Assembly: GCA_934276735.1 (NCBI GenBank)
Contig: CAKQTG010000001.1
Span: 350,134 to 414,133 of the forward strand
Length of the DNA: 64,000 nucleotides
Reading direction: 5' to 3'
DNA from: an uncultured Alphaproteobacteria bacterium
GTDB lineage: Bacteria > Pseudomonadota > Alphaproteobacteria > Rs-D84
Shown here piece by piece: positions 8,612-17,763 of the stretch. Numbering within the stretch: the stretch's first letter is position 1; each line of letters begins with the position of its first letter. Position numbers and translations under genes: made by a program. The notes beneath the pieces are model-generated. The model searched no databases. It was given only the letters and a program-made list of their open reading frames with translations, and was not told the origin of the DNA.

Positions 8612-9450
8612 CAGTTGTTTTCAAGAATCTTTAAAGTTGTGCGACGCGTGATATATATCGCAAATATTATAATCGCAATCGGCAGCATTGCCAACGTAAT
8701 CCAGCCCGCGCCCGACAATCCCATCATTGCCATCAGACCAACACGCACGCCGTGCGCCGCCCCCAGAATCATCAGCAGCACCAGTGCCGCCGCACAGAAC
8801 CCCGCCAACGCGGCCACCGCAGAAATCTTTGTCACGATGATTTGCATCTGGCGCGCAACAAATGAATCGGTTGCGCCGACCTGGTTTAATATTTCCAATT
8901 CGCGTTTATGCAACAATGCCGTATTGCGCGCGATATACGATATACAGACACCAATCGCGCCCAACACCAATGCCAAAACCAACGCAGAAATCAGTATCAT
9001 TTGCCAGCCAGCCGATGCCGAATTTTTCAATGCCGCACTGTGCGACAAGAATCGCGCGTTATTACCAATCTGGCGACCAAACGCGTCCAAATCAGATTTT
9101 GTTTTAAACTGAATTTCATACATCTGGGGCAGGTAATTTTTCAGCGCGTCACCCCCAGACGACATCCACGGGCGCATTAAATCGGCCATTTGTTCGGACG
9201 TAACCTCGGTCACGGAAACGGTCTTGTCCGTGTTTTCGTTGATTATTTTTTTGACCGCCGCACTGTTATCAGAATTCATAACCTGGACCGTGGCAAACAG
9301 GTCCCACTGGGCATTCCAACGCATAACGCCCGTCCCAATCGACAGGCAAATTCCAAACGCCAGCACCGCCAAAAATGTCAACAGCGACATAATCGCGGTC
9401 ATAAAAATTGATTGGCTGCGAACCAGTGAAAATACAACAGGTGTCTTCAT
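8611..9450 (-). CDS. ftsX: Cell division ABC transporter permease FtsX
   Basis: Four predicted TM helices with a large loop after TM1. The signature ELEILNQVGATDSFVARQ is present. Its start overlaps the ftsE stop (ATGA). Confidence 0.82.
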   Translation of the reverse strand: MKTPVVFSLVRSQSIFMTAIMSLLTFLAVLAFGICLSIGTGVMRWNAQWDLFATVQVMNSDNSAAVKKIINENTDKTVSVTEVTSEQMADLMRPWMSSGGDALKNYLPQMYEIQFKTKSDLDAFGRQIGNNARFLSHSAALKNSASAGWQMILISALVLALVLGAIGVCISYIARNTALLHKRELEILNQVGATDSFVARQMQIIVTKISAVAALAGFCAAALVLLMILGAAHGVRVGLMAMMGLSGAGWITLAMLPIAIIIFAIYITRRTTLKILENN

Positions 9451-10265
9451 TATGCGTTCCCAATGTCGTCAAATTGTTTTGATAATTCGGTGAAATAGTT
9501 TTGTGGTTTTGGTCCCTTCCATACTTTTTTGATATCGGGCTTTGCATCCACAGATGGCGCAGTGGTTGCCGCCGGATGGGTGCCAAAACCAACGCGATGA
9601 TTTTCGACATGGATTACCGGGAATTTATAAATATCCATCAGTTTTTTATTATGTGTCGCCAGGATAATCGTCGTGCCAAACATTTTGTTCATCTGGATAA
9701 ACAACTCCATCAGACGCGACGCGTTTTCATCGTCCAGATTTCCGGTCGGTTCGTCGGCCAGTAATATTGACGGCTGGACAATAATTGCGCGCGCAACTGA
9801 AACGCGTTGTTGTTGCCCGCCGGACAGTGCCATCGGATTTGCATCCGTATATTTGGCCAGGCCAACCCATTCCAGAACCTTGGCCACCAGCTTCTTGATT
9901 TTATCTTCGGCAACGCCGCGCACGCGCAACGGCAATGCAATATTGTCAAACACCGTCAGGTGCGACAGCAATGAATATTCCTGGAATACGATTGCCATTT
10001 TGTGTCGCATACGCGCGATGTCGTCACGCGACATTTCATTTGTAACGCGACCAAATAATTTGATTTGCCCGCGCAGTGGTTTGTGCAATTGGTAAATCAG
10101 TCGCAACAGGGTTGTTTTCCCCGCGCCCGATGCGCCTGATAAAAAATAGAACGCGCCCGCGCTGATGTTAAATGATACGTCGGTCAAAACCTCGCGTCCA
10201 TCGTCATATGCGGCGGCCACATTTGCGAACGAAATTGCTGTCTTGTCTTCCATGGTGTGAATCAT
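9450..10265 (-). CDS. ftsE: Cell division ABC transporter ATP-binding protein FtsE, with about 55-aa C-terminal extension
   Basis: Walker A GASGAGKTTLL, signature LSGGQQQRV, Walker B ILLADEPTGNLD. The start is uncertain: TTG 10289 (track), ATG 10265 or ATG 10253. The Pro/Lys-rich C-terminal tail is atypical. Confidence 0.85.
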   Translation of the reverse strand: MIHTMEDKTAISFANVAAAYDDGREVLTDVSFNISAGAFYFLSGASGAGKTTLLRLIYQLHKPLRGQIKLFGRVTNEMSRDDIARMRHKMAIVFQEYSLLSHLTVFDNIALPLRVRGVAEDKIKKLVAKVLEWVGLAKYTDANPMALSGGQQQRVSVARAIIVQPSILLADEPTGNLDDENASRLMELFIQMNKMFGTTIILATHNKKLMDIYKFPVIHVENHRVGFGTHPAATTAPSVDAKPDIKKVWKGPKPQNYFTELSKQFDDIGNA

Positions 10266-10292
10266 AGTAAAAAAACTTTTTTCGGTCAAAAG

Positions 10293-10320
10293 AAAAAAAT
10301 GCGCCGTTGGCGCACTTTTT
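10293..10320 (-). terminator. Rho-independent terminator after pal
   Basis: On the minus strand: GTGCGCC-AAC-GGCGCAT followed by T7. Confidence 0.7.
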
Positions 10321-10723
10321 ATTTCTGGTCAACCACTTGGGTTGTGGCATTTCTGTTCTTGGCCCAAATTTCTTCGCCAGAGCCCGGATACTGTGGATTT
10401 TCCTTGCCATAAGAAATTGTTTTAATACGTTCCGGCTCAATCCCGTCATGAATCAAAACGTGTGCAGCATTTCCCGCGCGTAACGCGCCCAGTGCCAGGT
10501 TGTATTCGGTCGAACCGCGTTCGTCACAGTGGCCCGCCATAACGATATTTTTGTCTGGGTTTTTCTTCATATACAACGCCTGGGATTCCAGATTTTCGCG
10601 TGCGGCATCTGAAACCTCGGCCGAGTCAAATGCATAAAAAACCTTGTCATTGTTGATGTTGCTGGGCACATTGGTGCATGCAGCCACAGTTAAAATTGCA
10701 AAACCAATCAGAACCTTTTTCAT
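10319..10723 (-). CDS. pal: Peptidoglycan-associated lipoprotein Pal (OmpA family)
   Basis: Lipobox LTVAAC. OmpA-like domain FDSAEVS...L..QA.YMKKNPDKNIVMAGHCDERGSTEYNLALGALRA...ISYGKE. Confidence 0.9.
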   Translation of the reverse strand: MKKVLIGFAILTVAACTNVPSNINNDKVFYAFDSAEVSDAARENLESQALYMKKNPDKNIVMAGHCDERGSTEYNLALGALRAGNAAHVLIHDGIEPERIKTISYGKENPQYPGSGEEIWAKNRNATTQVVDQK

Positions 10724-10874
10724 TTAAATTCCTTTCTAATTTTATAAAACTATTACTAGTTGCTGATAATAATTTAGCAGAATTTGCAAAAAAATGTCAA
10801 CAACTGTTTTTTATGTTTTGGAAAGCGAATCGAAATGTGATATACTGTCTTAAAGTTTAGGAGGGTATTTTACT

Positions 10875-11591
10875 ATGAAAAAATTATTCACTTTATTTGT
10901 TGCATTGGGCGTAACAACGGCGGCATCTGCGGCCCCCAGCTATGTGCGTCCTGATTCAAATGGCGGGTATAATGTTACATATAACTATACTGACAAGGCC
11001 AAGACAGGCTGGTATATCACTGGCCGTGCCGAGGTTAGTTTTCTAAATTGGAAGAATAAATATTCGTCTGATGATAATTTTGCGGCGAATAATGATTATT
11101 CTTCTGATGATTATTCGTTCGAGCCTGTATTTGGTGGCAGTTTGGCTGGCGGTTATCATTTTGGTTACTTCTGGCGGGGCGAGGTAGAAGCCGGCTATAT
11201 CGGGTATTTCAGCGATAAAGACAGTGCGGCTGAATTCACAATGTCAATTCCGTATTTGACGGCCAATGCATATTATGATTTTACCAGCGGCCTGTATGTT
11301 GGTGGTGGTCTGGGACTGGCGATGCCGACAACAACGATTGATTCTGTCTTCTTTGATGGCAGTGACCGCAAAAAAACATCTGTCGCGCCGATGGCGGCGT
11401 TGATGTTGGGCTATGCCCAGAAACTGGACGACAACTTGGTTTTGGATATCCGCTATCGCTTGGCGGGCATGACGGGTATGAAACAGAAATTTGATTTCCA
11501 AACAACCGACGAAACCAATCACTGGTTCCAAAATAAAATTGACACAATTCTGGATAATTCGATTTCTGTTGGTATCAGATATGAATTTTAA
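10875..11591 (+). CDS. Outer-membrane beta-barrel protein (OMP_b-brl / Opa-like)
   Basis: Signal peptide ...TAASAA. Alternating aromatic/Gly-rich strands and a C-terminal ...SVGIRYEF with terminal Phe, typical of BAM substrates. Confidence 0.65.
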   Translation: MKKLFTLFVALGVTTAASAAPSYVRPDSNGGYNVTYNYTDKAKTGWYITGRAEVSFLNWKNKYSSDDNFAANNDYSSDDYSFEPVFGGSLAGGYHFGYFWRGEVEAGYIGYFSDKDSAAEFTMSIPYLTANAYYDFTSGLYVGGGLGLAMPTTTIDSVFFDGSDRKKTSVAPMAALMLGYAQKLDDNLVLDIRYRLAGMTGMKQKFDFQTTDETNHWFQNKIDTILDNSISVGIRYEF

Positions 11592-11603
11592 CTTAGAAAG
11601 GTA

Positions 11604-11633
11604 TTGACCCCGATTCGCAAAATATGATAAACT
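11604..11633 (+). promoter_or_regulatory. Candidate promoter of the fibre-protein cluster
   Basis: TTGACC, 18-nt spacer, TAAACT (preceded by TG), about 20 nt upstream of ATG 11654. Confidence 0.35.
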
Positions 11634-11653
11634 AGGTATCAGTAGAGAGAGTT

Positions 11654-13549
11654 ATGAAAAAAGACTTGAAAATATCAACGTGGGCAATCGTGTGCGTGCT
11701 GTGTGCGGCGACTTCTGTGGCCAACGCGGCATCATCTGTGCGCAGTCTGGGTGGGTCTGGGACATACAACAGTGCGGCTGCTGCGTCTGGCAACGGTAAC
11801 GGTTCAGTGTCTGGTGTTCGTGGCGGCTCGCTGCGTGTTACGCCAACGTCCGATAAATCATCAACTGGTTCGACAAATTCATCTGCGACAACGACCAATG
11901 GTCGTGTTGCCACGGGTTCACGTTTGTCGATTGGCAAGTATTTAGGTGGTGGTACATCCGTCAGTGGGGGCAGTTCGATAAAACGTCCGACAGGCGATAC
12001 GTCGTCTGGTGGTTCTGGCGTTACCCCGGGCGAGGCGAGTGCCTTGCGCCGTGATATTGAAAACTTGAAAAATGCCGACGTTGCGCTGGGGGACAAGATT
12101 GACAGAAAACAGGACGTGCTGACACCGGCGTCTGATGGTTTTGTTGCGATTGATGATCGGACAAATGAAATCACGGTTGATATTGATCGGGTCAAGGATG
12201 CGATTGGCACAATTGCGGGCCAAGATGGGCGCGAGGTTGTAATTGGTTCCAATGAAACGGACCTGTTGTGGAAATACGATGGTGATACCGCGTGGCAGAA
12301 TTTGATTCCTAAATCTGAAATTATGGGTGCGCCTGGTGAGCGCGGACCCGAAGGGCCCGAGGGACCACGTGGGCCCGAAGGTCCGATGGGCCCCCAGGGA
12401 CCAAAAGGCGATGGGGCGGATGTTGATTTGACGCCGTATGCAAAGACTGCGGATGTTAATGCGGGTTTGGCGTTAAAGGCAGATGTTTCTGCTATGAACA
12501 ACGCGATTGCAAATGCAATTGCATTGGCGTTGGGCGAATATGCAAAAACGGTATATGTTGATGCCAAGTTAGCGGACAAACAGGATAAACTGTCCGATGC
12601 ACAAATTGCGGCAACGAATTCTGGTATCACTTCGACTGCGGTCGGTCAAATTGAAACAAATAAATCTGATATAGCGGCATTAAATACCGGCCTGGCGAAA
12701 AAGGCAAATTCTGACGATGTTTATGACAAAGCAGCGGTTGATGCAAAAATAGACGCGATTCCAGCCGGGGTCAAGGGCGACAAGGGTGACCCAGGTGAAC
12801 AAGGTCCCCAGGGTCCCCAAGGTGAACAAGGTCCAGCCGGCGAGAAAGGTGACAAGGGTGATACCGGTCCCGCCGGTCCTGCTGGTGAAAAGGGCGAGAA
12901 AGGCGATACAGGTCCCGCTGGTCCTGCCGGTGAAAAGGGCGAGAAAGGCGATACTGGTCCCCAGGGTCCCCAAGGTGAACAAGGTCCAGCCGGCGAGAAA
13001 GGTGACAAGGGGGATACCGGTCCCGCGGGTGTGGTTGCGGTTACCGGAACCGGTGACGCCAATGGTGTTGTAAATGGCATTACCTATGACGCGGCGACCC
13101 AGACGGTGACATATAACCGTGCGATGGTTGGCCTGGATAACATCAGTGCCGACGCGATTGACGATGTCCCGACGGCGGGTTCGAATAAACTGGTCCGTTC
13201 ATCTGGCGTGCAAGATGCAATTGCTGAGGCTGCGCTGAATGGTGAAATTACTTTAAAGGGATACGCGACCGAAACATACGTTAATAATGCGGTTGCTGCC
13301 AAACAGGATAAATTAAACGACGAACAAATGGCGGCGGCGAATTCTGGTATCAACGCGACATTGGTTGACACGTATAACAATTATGGCACGACGATTGCCA
13401 CGGCGGTTGCGACGGCGAACGACGCCAAAACAGATGCAGGCGAGGCGAAAAAAACGGCGGCAGGTAAGTTATCTGCGCCAGAAGGTAACGGAATGTTTCT
13501 GTATAATGGCAGCGGAAAACAGTGGACCGAGGTTAGTATTGTAGAATAA
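11654..13549 (+). CDS. Secreted collagen-like triple-helix repeat fibre protein (fibre paralog P1)
   Basis: 631 aa. Signal peptide ...SVANA. Two G-X-Y tracts of 10 and 29 triplets. Ala/Thr/Asp/Lys-rich flanks with [10 protein letters not shown] / AAKQDKLND repeats. The C-terminal module is ...[25 protein letters not shown]. Confidence 0.85.
   Translation: MKKDLKISTWAIVCVLCAATSVANAASSVRSLGGSGTYNSAAAASGNGNGSVSGVRGGSLRVTPTSDKSSTGSTNSSATTTNGRVATGSRLSIGKYLGGGTSVSGGSSIKRPTGDTSSGGSGVTPGEASALRRDIENLKNADVALGDKIDRKQDVLTPASDGFVAIDDRTNEITVDIDRVKDAIGTIAGQDGREVVIGSNETDLLWKYDGDTAWQNLIPKSEIMGAPGERGPEGPEGPRGPEGPMGPQGPKGDGADVDLTPYAKTADVNAGLALKADVSAMNNAIANAIALALGEYAKTVYVDAKLADKQDKLSDAQIAATNSGITSTAVGQIETNKSDIAALNTGLAKKANSDDVYDKAAVDAKIDAIPAGVKGDKGDPGEQGPQGPQGEQGPAGEKGDKGDTGPAGPAGEKGEKGDTGPAGPAGEKGEKGDTGPQGPQGEQGPAGEKGDKGDTGPAGVVAVTGTGDANGVVNGITYDAATQTVTYNRAMVGLDNISADAIDDVPTAGSNKLVRSSGVQDAIAEAALNGEITLKGYATETYVNNAVAAKQDKLNDEQMAAANSGINATLVDTYNNYGTTIATAVATANDAKTDAGEAKKTAAGKLSAPEGNGMFLYNGSGKQWTEVSIVE
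12767..13030 (+). repeat. Collagen G-X-Y coding repeat tract with internal near-identical DNA units
   Basis: 29 consecutive Gly-X-Y codon triplets. An approximately 71-bp unit GGTCCCCAGGGTCCCCAAGGTGAACAAGGTCCAGCCGGCGAGAAAGGTGACAAGGG.GATACCGGTCCCGC occurs twice (about 12803 and about 12956). A shorter [15 protein letters not shown] unit is tandemly duplicated. Confidence 0.9.
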
Positions 13550-13637
13550 AGGGAAAACACCAACACGGAATTTGGACCAACATCACCGCCATAACGGGAA
13601 ACGGGCCCAAGTAAAAAGGGAAAGAAAGGAAAGAACG

Positions 13638-14813
13638 ATGAAAATAAAGAACATAGCTTTTTCTGGATTTATGGCGGCGATAATGTTGTCGGCTGGGGCC
13701 ACGGCGGCTAATGCCAAAATTGAAATCGCCAGCCGTCAATATGTTGATAAGATTGACAAGGCGACCACAGAAAAGATTACTAATTTGACCACAACAGTCG
13801 AAGGCAAGGCCGATAAAACCACGGTGAACGAATTGCAACAAAATGTTACCAATTTGTCCACGACGATTGATGGCAAGGCGGACGCGGCTGACTTGGATGG
13901 TTACTTGAAATCTGCGGATGCAGAAACAACATATGCCAAGAAAGACGCTGTAACAGGTGCCGAAAATGCTGCGAACGCGGCCAAGGAAGCGGCCGCTGCG
14001 GCCCAGGCCACGGCCAATGAGAACAAAACGGCAATCGGTGATGCGCAATCTGGTTTGACCAAGGGTGTCGCCGACGCGGCCCAGGCTGCCGCCGCCGCCG
14101 CCGCCGCCGCCGCCGCTGCAGACACCAGGGCCGGTAATGCTGCAACAGCTGCATCAACCGCCCAGAATACTGCAGTTTCTGCAAAGTCAACAGCGGAGGC
14201 GAACAAGGCTGCAATAGAAAATGAAACAACTGGTTTGGCTGCAACTAAAACGATTGCAGATAATGCTGCATCTGCTGCCGCAAAAAATGCCGGTGATATA
14301 ACCCAATTGAAAACAGACATCTCTGGCAAAGAAGATTCTAAAAACAAAATTACGGAAATTACCGATGTGAATTCTGGCTCGAACGAATTGTTCCCGACCG
14401 TTGGTGCGGTTATGAAGAAGATTTCAGGTCTGTCAGAATTGCCGGTCAACCCCAGCTTGATTGAAGATGGCACTTTGGATGGCTCTAAATTAAAAGATGG
14501 CACAGTTACAAAGACAAAGTTGTCTTCGGATGTTCAAACAACATTGGATAATGCCCAGACCGCCGAAGAAGTCACAGCTGCCATTACCGCGGCATTAAAT
14601 GGCTATACCAATACCGACGATTTGAACGCGGAATTGGCGAAAAAGGCGAATTCTGACGATGTTTACAATAAAACACAGGTCAATGAAAAATTTAACAAAA
14701 CTATTCCAACCCCAGAGGGCCCATGTGCTGCCGAATCCGGTCGTTGTGTTCTGTCTGTTGATAAGGCAACCAATGGCATGATGTGGATGGATGTAACCGC
14801 CCCATTGGAATAA
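13638..14813 (+). CDS. Secreted coiled-coil/fibre-like protein (fibre paralog P2)
   Basis: The track ORF is trimmed to ATG 13638 (RBS AAAGGAAAG). Signal peptide ...ATAANA, then IEIASRQYVD. Periodic ITNLTTTVEGKADKTTV / VTNLSTTIDGKADAADL repeats, a poly-Ala run, and the C-terminal module IPTPEGPCAAESGRCVLSVDKATNGMMWMDVTAPLE. Confidence 0.8.
   Translation: MKIKNIAFSGFMAAIMLSAGATAANAKIEIASRQYVDKIDKATTEKITNLTTTVEGKADKTTVNELQQNVTNLSTTIDGKADAADLDGYLKSADAETTYAKKDAVTGAENAANAAKEAAAAAQATANENKTAIGDAQSGLTKGVADAAQAAAAAAAAAAAADTRAGNAATAASTAQNTAVSAKSTAEANKAAIENETTGLAATKTIADNAASAAAKNAGDITQLKTDISGKEDSKNKITEITDVNSGSNELFPTVGAVMKKISGLSELPVNPSLIEDGTLDGSKLKDGTVTKTKLSSDVQTTLDNAQTAEEVTAAITAALNGYTNTDDLNAELAKKANSDDVYNKTQVNEKFNKTIPTPEGPCAAESGRCVLSVDKATNGMMWMDVTAPLE
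14088..14111 (+). repeat. (GCC)8 trinucleotide microsatellite inside P2 (poly-Ala)
   Basis: Eight perfect GCC units encode part of AAAAAAAAAAAA. Confidence 0.95.
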
Positions 14814-14883
14814 GCGAACCAGTCAACCAAAGATTTAAACAAACAAAATAAAAACAATAAACAAAAAAAGAAAGGAAAAAAAC

Positions 14884-16113
14884 ATGAAAAAATTAACCGC
14901 TGGAATATTTACAGTATTGCTGGGTGTTGTTGCGGCAAACTCGGCTGACGCAGCCCTGACATCACAAAAATACGTTGATGCAAAGGTGAAAGTGAACGCT
15001 GATGCGATTGCTGATTTGACAACAACTGTCGGGAACAAGGCTGATGCTTCGACTGTTACAGATTTATCTGAAAAAGTTACAGCAAATACAGGTGCGATCG
15101 CCAAAAAAGCAGACCAAACAGCCATGGAAACAGCATTGGCAGGAAAACAGCAGAAGTTGAATTCTACAAACTTCAAGAAAGATGGCACTGGTAACGTTAT
15201 CTCTGGTGTAACAGTTGATGAATCTGGTAATGTTACATTTGAAACATCCACCGTTGCAACCGCAGAAGGTTTGGAGAATTTGACAAATACAGTTGCTGAA
15301 CATACCACGGCATTGGGTACATTAAACGGCACCGCTGAAACCACTGGTTCTGTTGCAAACAAAATTGCTGCTGCAATTACAGCTGAAACAACACGTGCCG
15401 ATGGTGCATACGATGCCAAGGGCGCAGCCACCACAGCGGAAACAAATGCCAAGGCATACGCAGATGGTTTAGCCAAGAACTATGCAACCGCTGACCAAGG
15501 TAAAAAAGCCGATTCTGCTTTGCAAAAGACGGGGACATTGACCGCGGGTAATCTGCTGACGACGGATGAAAGTGGTAACATAATTGATGCAGGTAAAAAG
15601 GGTGCATTGGCGGCATTGGATACCGTAGACAAGGCGAATTTGAGTGAAGGTGTTCAGGCTTCGTTGGGCAAGGCAGATTCTGCGTTACAGGCAGCGGCTC
15701 TGAATGATTATGCAAAAACAACTGATGTAGCGGCAACATATGAAACAATTACAAATTCCAATGCAATCAAGAATACCGCTGACGCCAACAAGGCTGCAAT
15801 CGCAACTTTGAATGGAACAGGTGATGGTTCTGTGTCCAAGGCTGTTGCGGATGCCAAAACTGAATTGACAACAGCGATTGGTAAGAAACAAAATACTTTA
15901 ACTGCTGCTGATGTAACAGTAAGTGGTGGCGGTAATGTTATCACCGGTATTACTGCGGCTGATGGGAAAATTACAGCGACATTGGGAACAACATTGGGTG
16001 CTTTGGCAACAGCTGCGCCGGGCGAATGCAGCGAAGCAACCAAGTTCTGTGCGTTGACATTTAATGGCACAACTTATAAATGGGAAGTCATTGAACGTGT
16101 AGATGGTGAATAA
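14884..16113 (+). CDS. Secreted coiled-coil/fibre-like protein (fibre paralog P3)
   Basis: 409 aa. Signal peptide ...ANSADA, then ALTSQKYVD. Repeats: IADLTTTVGNKADASTV, AKKADQTAM, GKKADSAL, GKADSAL. C-terminal module AAPGECSEATKFCALTFNGTTYKWEVIERVDGE. Confidence 0.8.
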   Translation: MKKLTAGIFTVLLGVVAANSADAALTSQKYVDAKVKVNADAIADLTTTVGNKADASTVTDLSEKVTANTGAIAKKADQTAMETALAGKQQKLNSTNFKKDGTGNVISGVTVDESGNVTFETSTVATAEGLENLTNTVAEHTTALGTLNGTAETTGSVANKIAAAITAETTRADGAYDAKGAATTAETNAKAYADGLAKNYATADQGKKADSALQKTGTLTAGNLLTTDESGNIIDAGKKGALAALDTVDKANLSEGVQASLGKADSALQAAALNDYAKTTDVAATYETITNSNAIKNTADANKAAIATLNGTGDGSVSKAVADAKTELTTAIGKKQNTLTAADVTVSGGGNVITGITAADGKITATLGTTLGALATAAPGECSEATKFCALTFNGTTYKWEVIERVDGE

Positions 16114-16202
16114 ATAAAAAATACTGTGTCGGGGGCGGGGGATTCCCCGACACAGGTTCAGGGATTGTGGTTAAAATATAAAAATAAAAAGGTTTTAGGG
16201 TT

Positions 16203-17645
16203 ATGAAAAAATTATCTGGATTGTTAGCTGTTTCATTGATTGCGATTATGATGGCACCCGCGGCCCGTGCAGACATCGCATCAACCGGGTTTGTCACAAC
16301 AGCATTGAATGGTAAAGAAAACGTAACGAATAAGGTAACTAATGCATCTGGTTACACAGATGATATAACATCGCCAGATAAGTATCCGAGTATGGCAGTA
16401 GCGAATGATATGGTAAAGCAGGCGGTTAAATCGGTGAACGATGCAAAGCTGGATGAGGTTTTTGATAAATCACTGAACAATGTAATGGTAACCGATGCCG
16501 CCGGAGTTGTGAGTCCATCTGAGATTAAGACGGACGGTTCAGGTAATGCAGTTACTGGCATTGAGGTTAAGAATGGTGTATATACCCTGAACAAGGAGAC
16601 AACGTTCGCGACCAAGGAACAGTTGGGTACGACAGACACAAACGTTACGAATTTGACGACTCGTGTTTCTACGGCCGAGGGGACGATCAAAACATTGAAA
16701 ACAAGCAAGCAGGATAATTTGACCGCTGGCACCGGTATCAAGATTGAGAATAATACAATCAGCACGGATGGATTGGCAACTGATGCCGATTTAACAACGT
16801 TGCAGGCAACCGTTGCAGGGCATACGACAGCTATTGATAAGTTAGATGGCGCGGCTACGGTTACTGGATCTGTAAAACAACAGATTGAGACGGCGAAAAA
16901 TGAATTAACAACAAGTATTGAAGCTAATACAACCGCGGCGGCCAATGCAAAATCAGCGGCAGATGCAGCCCAGGCGACAGCAAATAAGGCAGTTGTGGCC
17001 AATACCGCGATTACAGGTGGCACCAAGACAAAAATTACATATGACGCGAAAGGTTTGGTAACTGGTGGTGCTGACCTGACTGCTGCCGATATCCCGGCGG
17101 GGTTAATCAAGAACGGGACAAATGTCACAGTTTCGCGTAATGCAACGACTGGCGTCGTGACGATTAGTTCGGCGGATACTAAATACACATTGCCAACCGC
17201 GACGGATACAGTCCTGGGTGGTGTAAAGGTTGATACAGCAATGAGTGATACCAGCACGAACCCTGTTCAGAACAAGGTAGCGAATGTGGCCATTGCAGAT
17301 GCGAAGAAAGCGGGTACTGATGCAGCTACCGCGGCGGCCAATGCAAAATCAGCGGCAGATGCAGCCCAGGCGACAGCAAATAAGGCAGTTGTGGCAAATA
17401 CCGCGATTACAGGTAACACCAAAACAAAAATTACATATGACGCGAAGGGGCTGGTAACTGGTGGTTCTGACCTGACTGCGGACGATATCCCGGCATTGGA
17501 AACGTCCAAGATTACTGGGTTGGATACGGCATTGGCGGGTAAAATTCCTGTGCCATCGGAGACTAATTCAAAGGGTACCTTGGTATTGACATATAATACC
17601 ACTACGCAAAAATATGCATGGGAATCAATTGGTCGTGGTGATTAA
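16203..17645 (+). CDS. Secreted tail-fibre-like repeat protein (fibre paralog P4)
   Basis: 480 aa. Signal peptide ...PAARA, then DIASTGFV. Two copies of AAANAKSAADAAQATANKAVVANTAITG.TKTKITYDAKGLVTGG.DLTA.DIP, then SKITGLDTALAGKIPVPSE...TTQKYAWESIGRGD. Confidence 0.8.
   Translation: MKKLSGLLAVSLIAIMMAPAARADIASTGFVTTALNGKENVTNKVTNASGYTDDITSPDKYPSMAVANDMVKQAVKSVNDAKLDEVFDKSLNNVMVTDAAGVVSPSEIKTDGSGNAVTGIEVKNGVYTLNKETTFATKEQLGTTDTNVTNLTTRVSTAEGTIKTLKTSKQDNLTAGTGIKIENNTISTDGLATDADLTTLQATVAGHTTAIDKLDGAATVTGSVKQQIETAKNELTTSIEANTTAAANAKSAADAAQATANKAVVANTAITGGTKTKITYDAKGLVTGGADLTAADIPAGLIKNGTNVTVSRNATTGVVTISSADTKYTLPTATDTVLGGVKVDTAMSDTSTNPVQNKVANVAIADAKKAGTDAATAAANAKSAADAAQATANKAVVANTAITGNTKTKITYDAKGLVTGGSDLTADDIPALETSKITGLDTALAGKIPVPSETNSKGTLVLTYNTTTQKYAWESIGRGD
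16305..16626 (+). repeat. 322-bp cassette shared between P4 and P5 (copy in P4)
   Basis: It matches 18061-18382 with only 5 mismatches by eye, all of them non-synonymous. Confidence 0.9.
16932..17098 (+). repeat. Intragenic 167-bp direct repeat in P4, copy 1
   Basis: ACCGCGGCGGCCAATGCAAAATCAGCGGCAGATGCAGCCCAGGCGACAGCAAATAAGGCAGTTGTGGC... recurs at 17328-17494 with a handful of substitutions. Confidence 0.9.
17328..17494 (+). repeat. Intragenic 167-bp direct repeat in P4, copy 2
   Basis: See copy 1 at 16932-17098. Confidence 0.9.
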
Positions 17646-17699
17646 TGTTTGATTTTTGTGGTGCGGACGGATTTGTCTGTGCGCACCATGGAAATAGAC

Positions 17700-17728
17700 T
17701 TGTCACAATGTGACGAATTTGGTATCAT
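17700..17728 (+). promoter_or_regulatory. Candidate promoter of P5 with overlapping palindrome
   Basis: TTGTCA, 17-nt spacer, TATCAT. The -35 region lies within the inverted repeat TGTCACA-A-TGTGAC, a possible operator. Confidence 0.4.
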
Positions 17729-17763
17729 AGTTCAGAGAGATTAAATATACAGAATGTAGCGTT

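Noticed and set aside
9450-9620. The C-terminal extension of FtsE (about 55 aa) and the tails on the acyl-CoA synthetase and L17, considered as possible fused domains.
   Set aside because: The extensions are low-complexity (Pro/Lys/Ala/Asp-rich) with no recognisable motif. They are likely lineage-specific disordered tails, so I note them in the features rather than as findings.
11632-13080. Pro/Ser/Gly-rich ORFs antisense to, or out of frame with, the collagen-like gene (11632-12630, 12680-12982, 12721-13080, 12786-13073).
   Set aside because: These are artefacts of the G-X-Y and Ala-rich repeats, which stay open in several frames. Only the + frame from 11654 has a signal peptide, uninterrupted G-X-Y triplets and the shared terminal modules.
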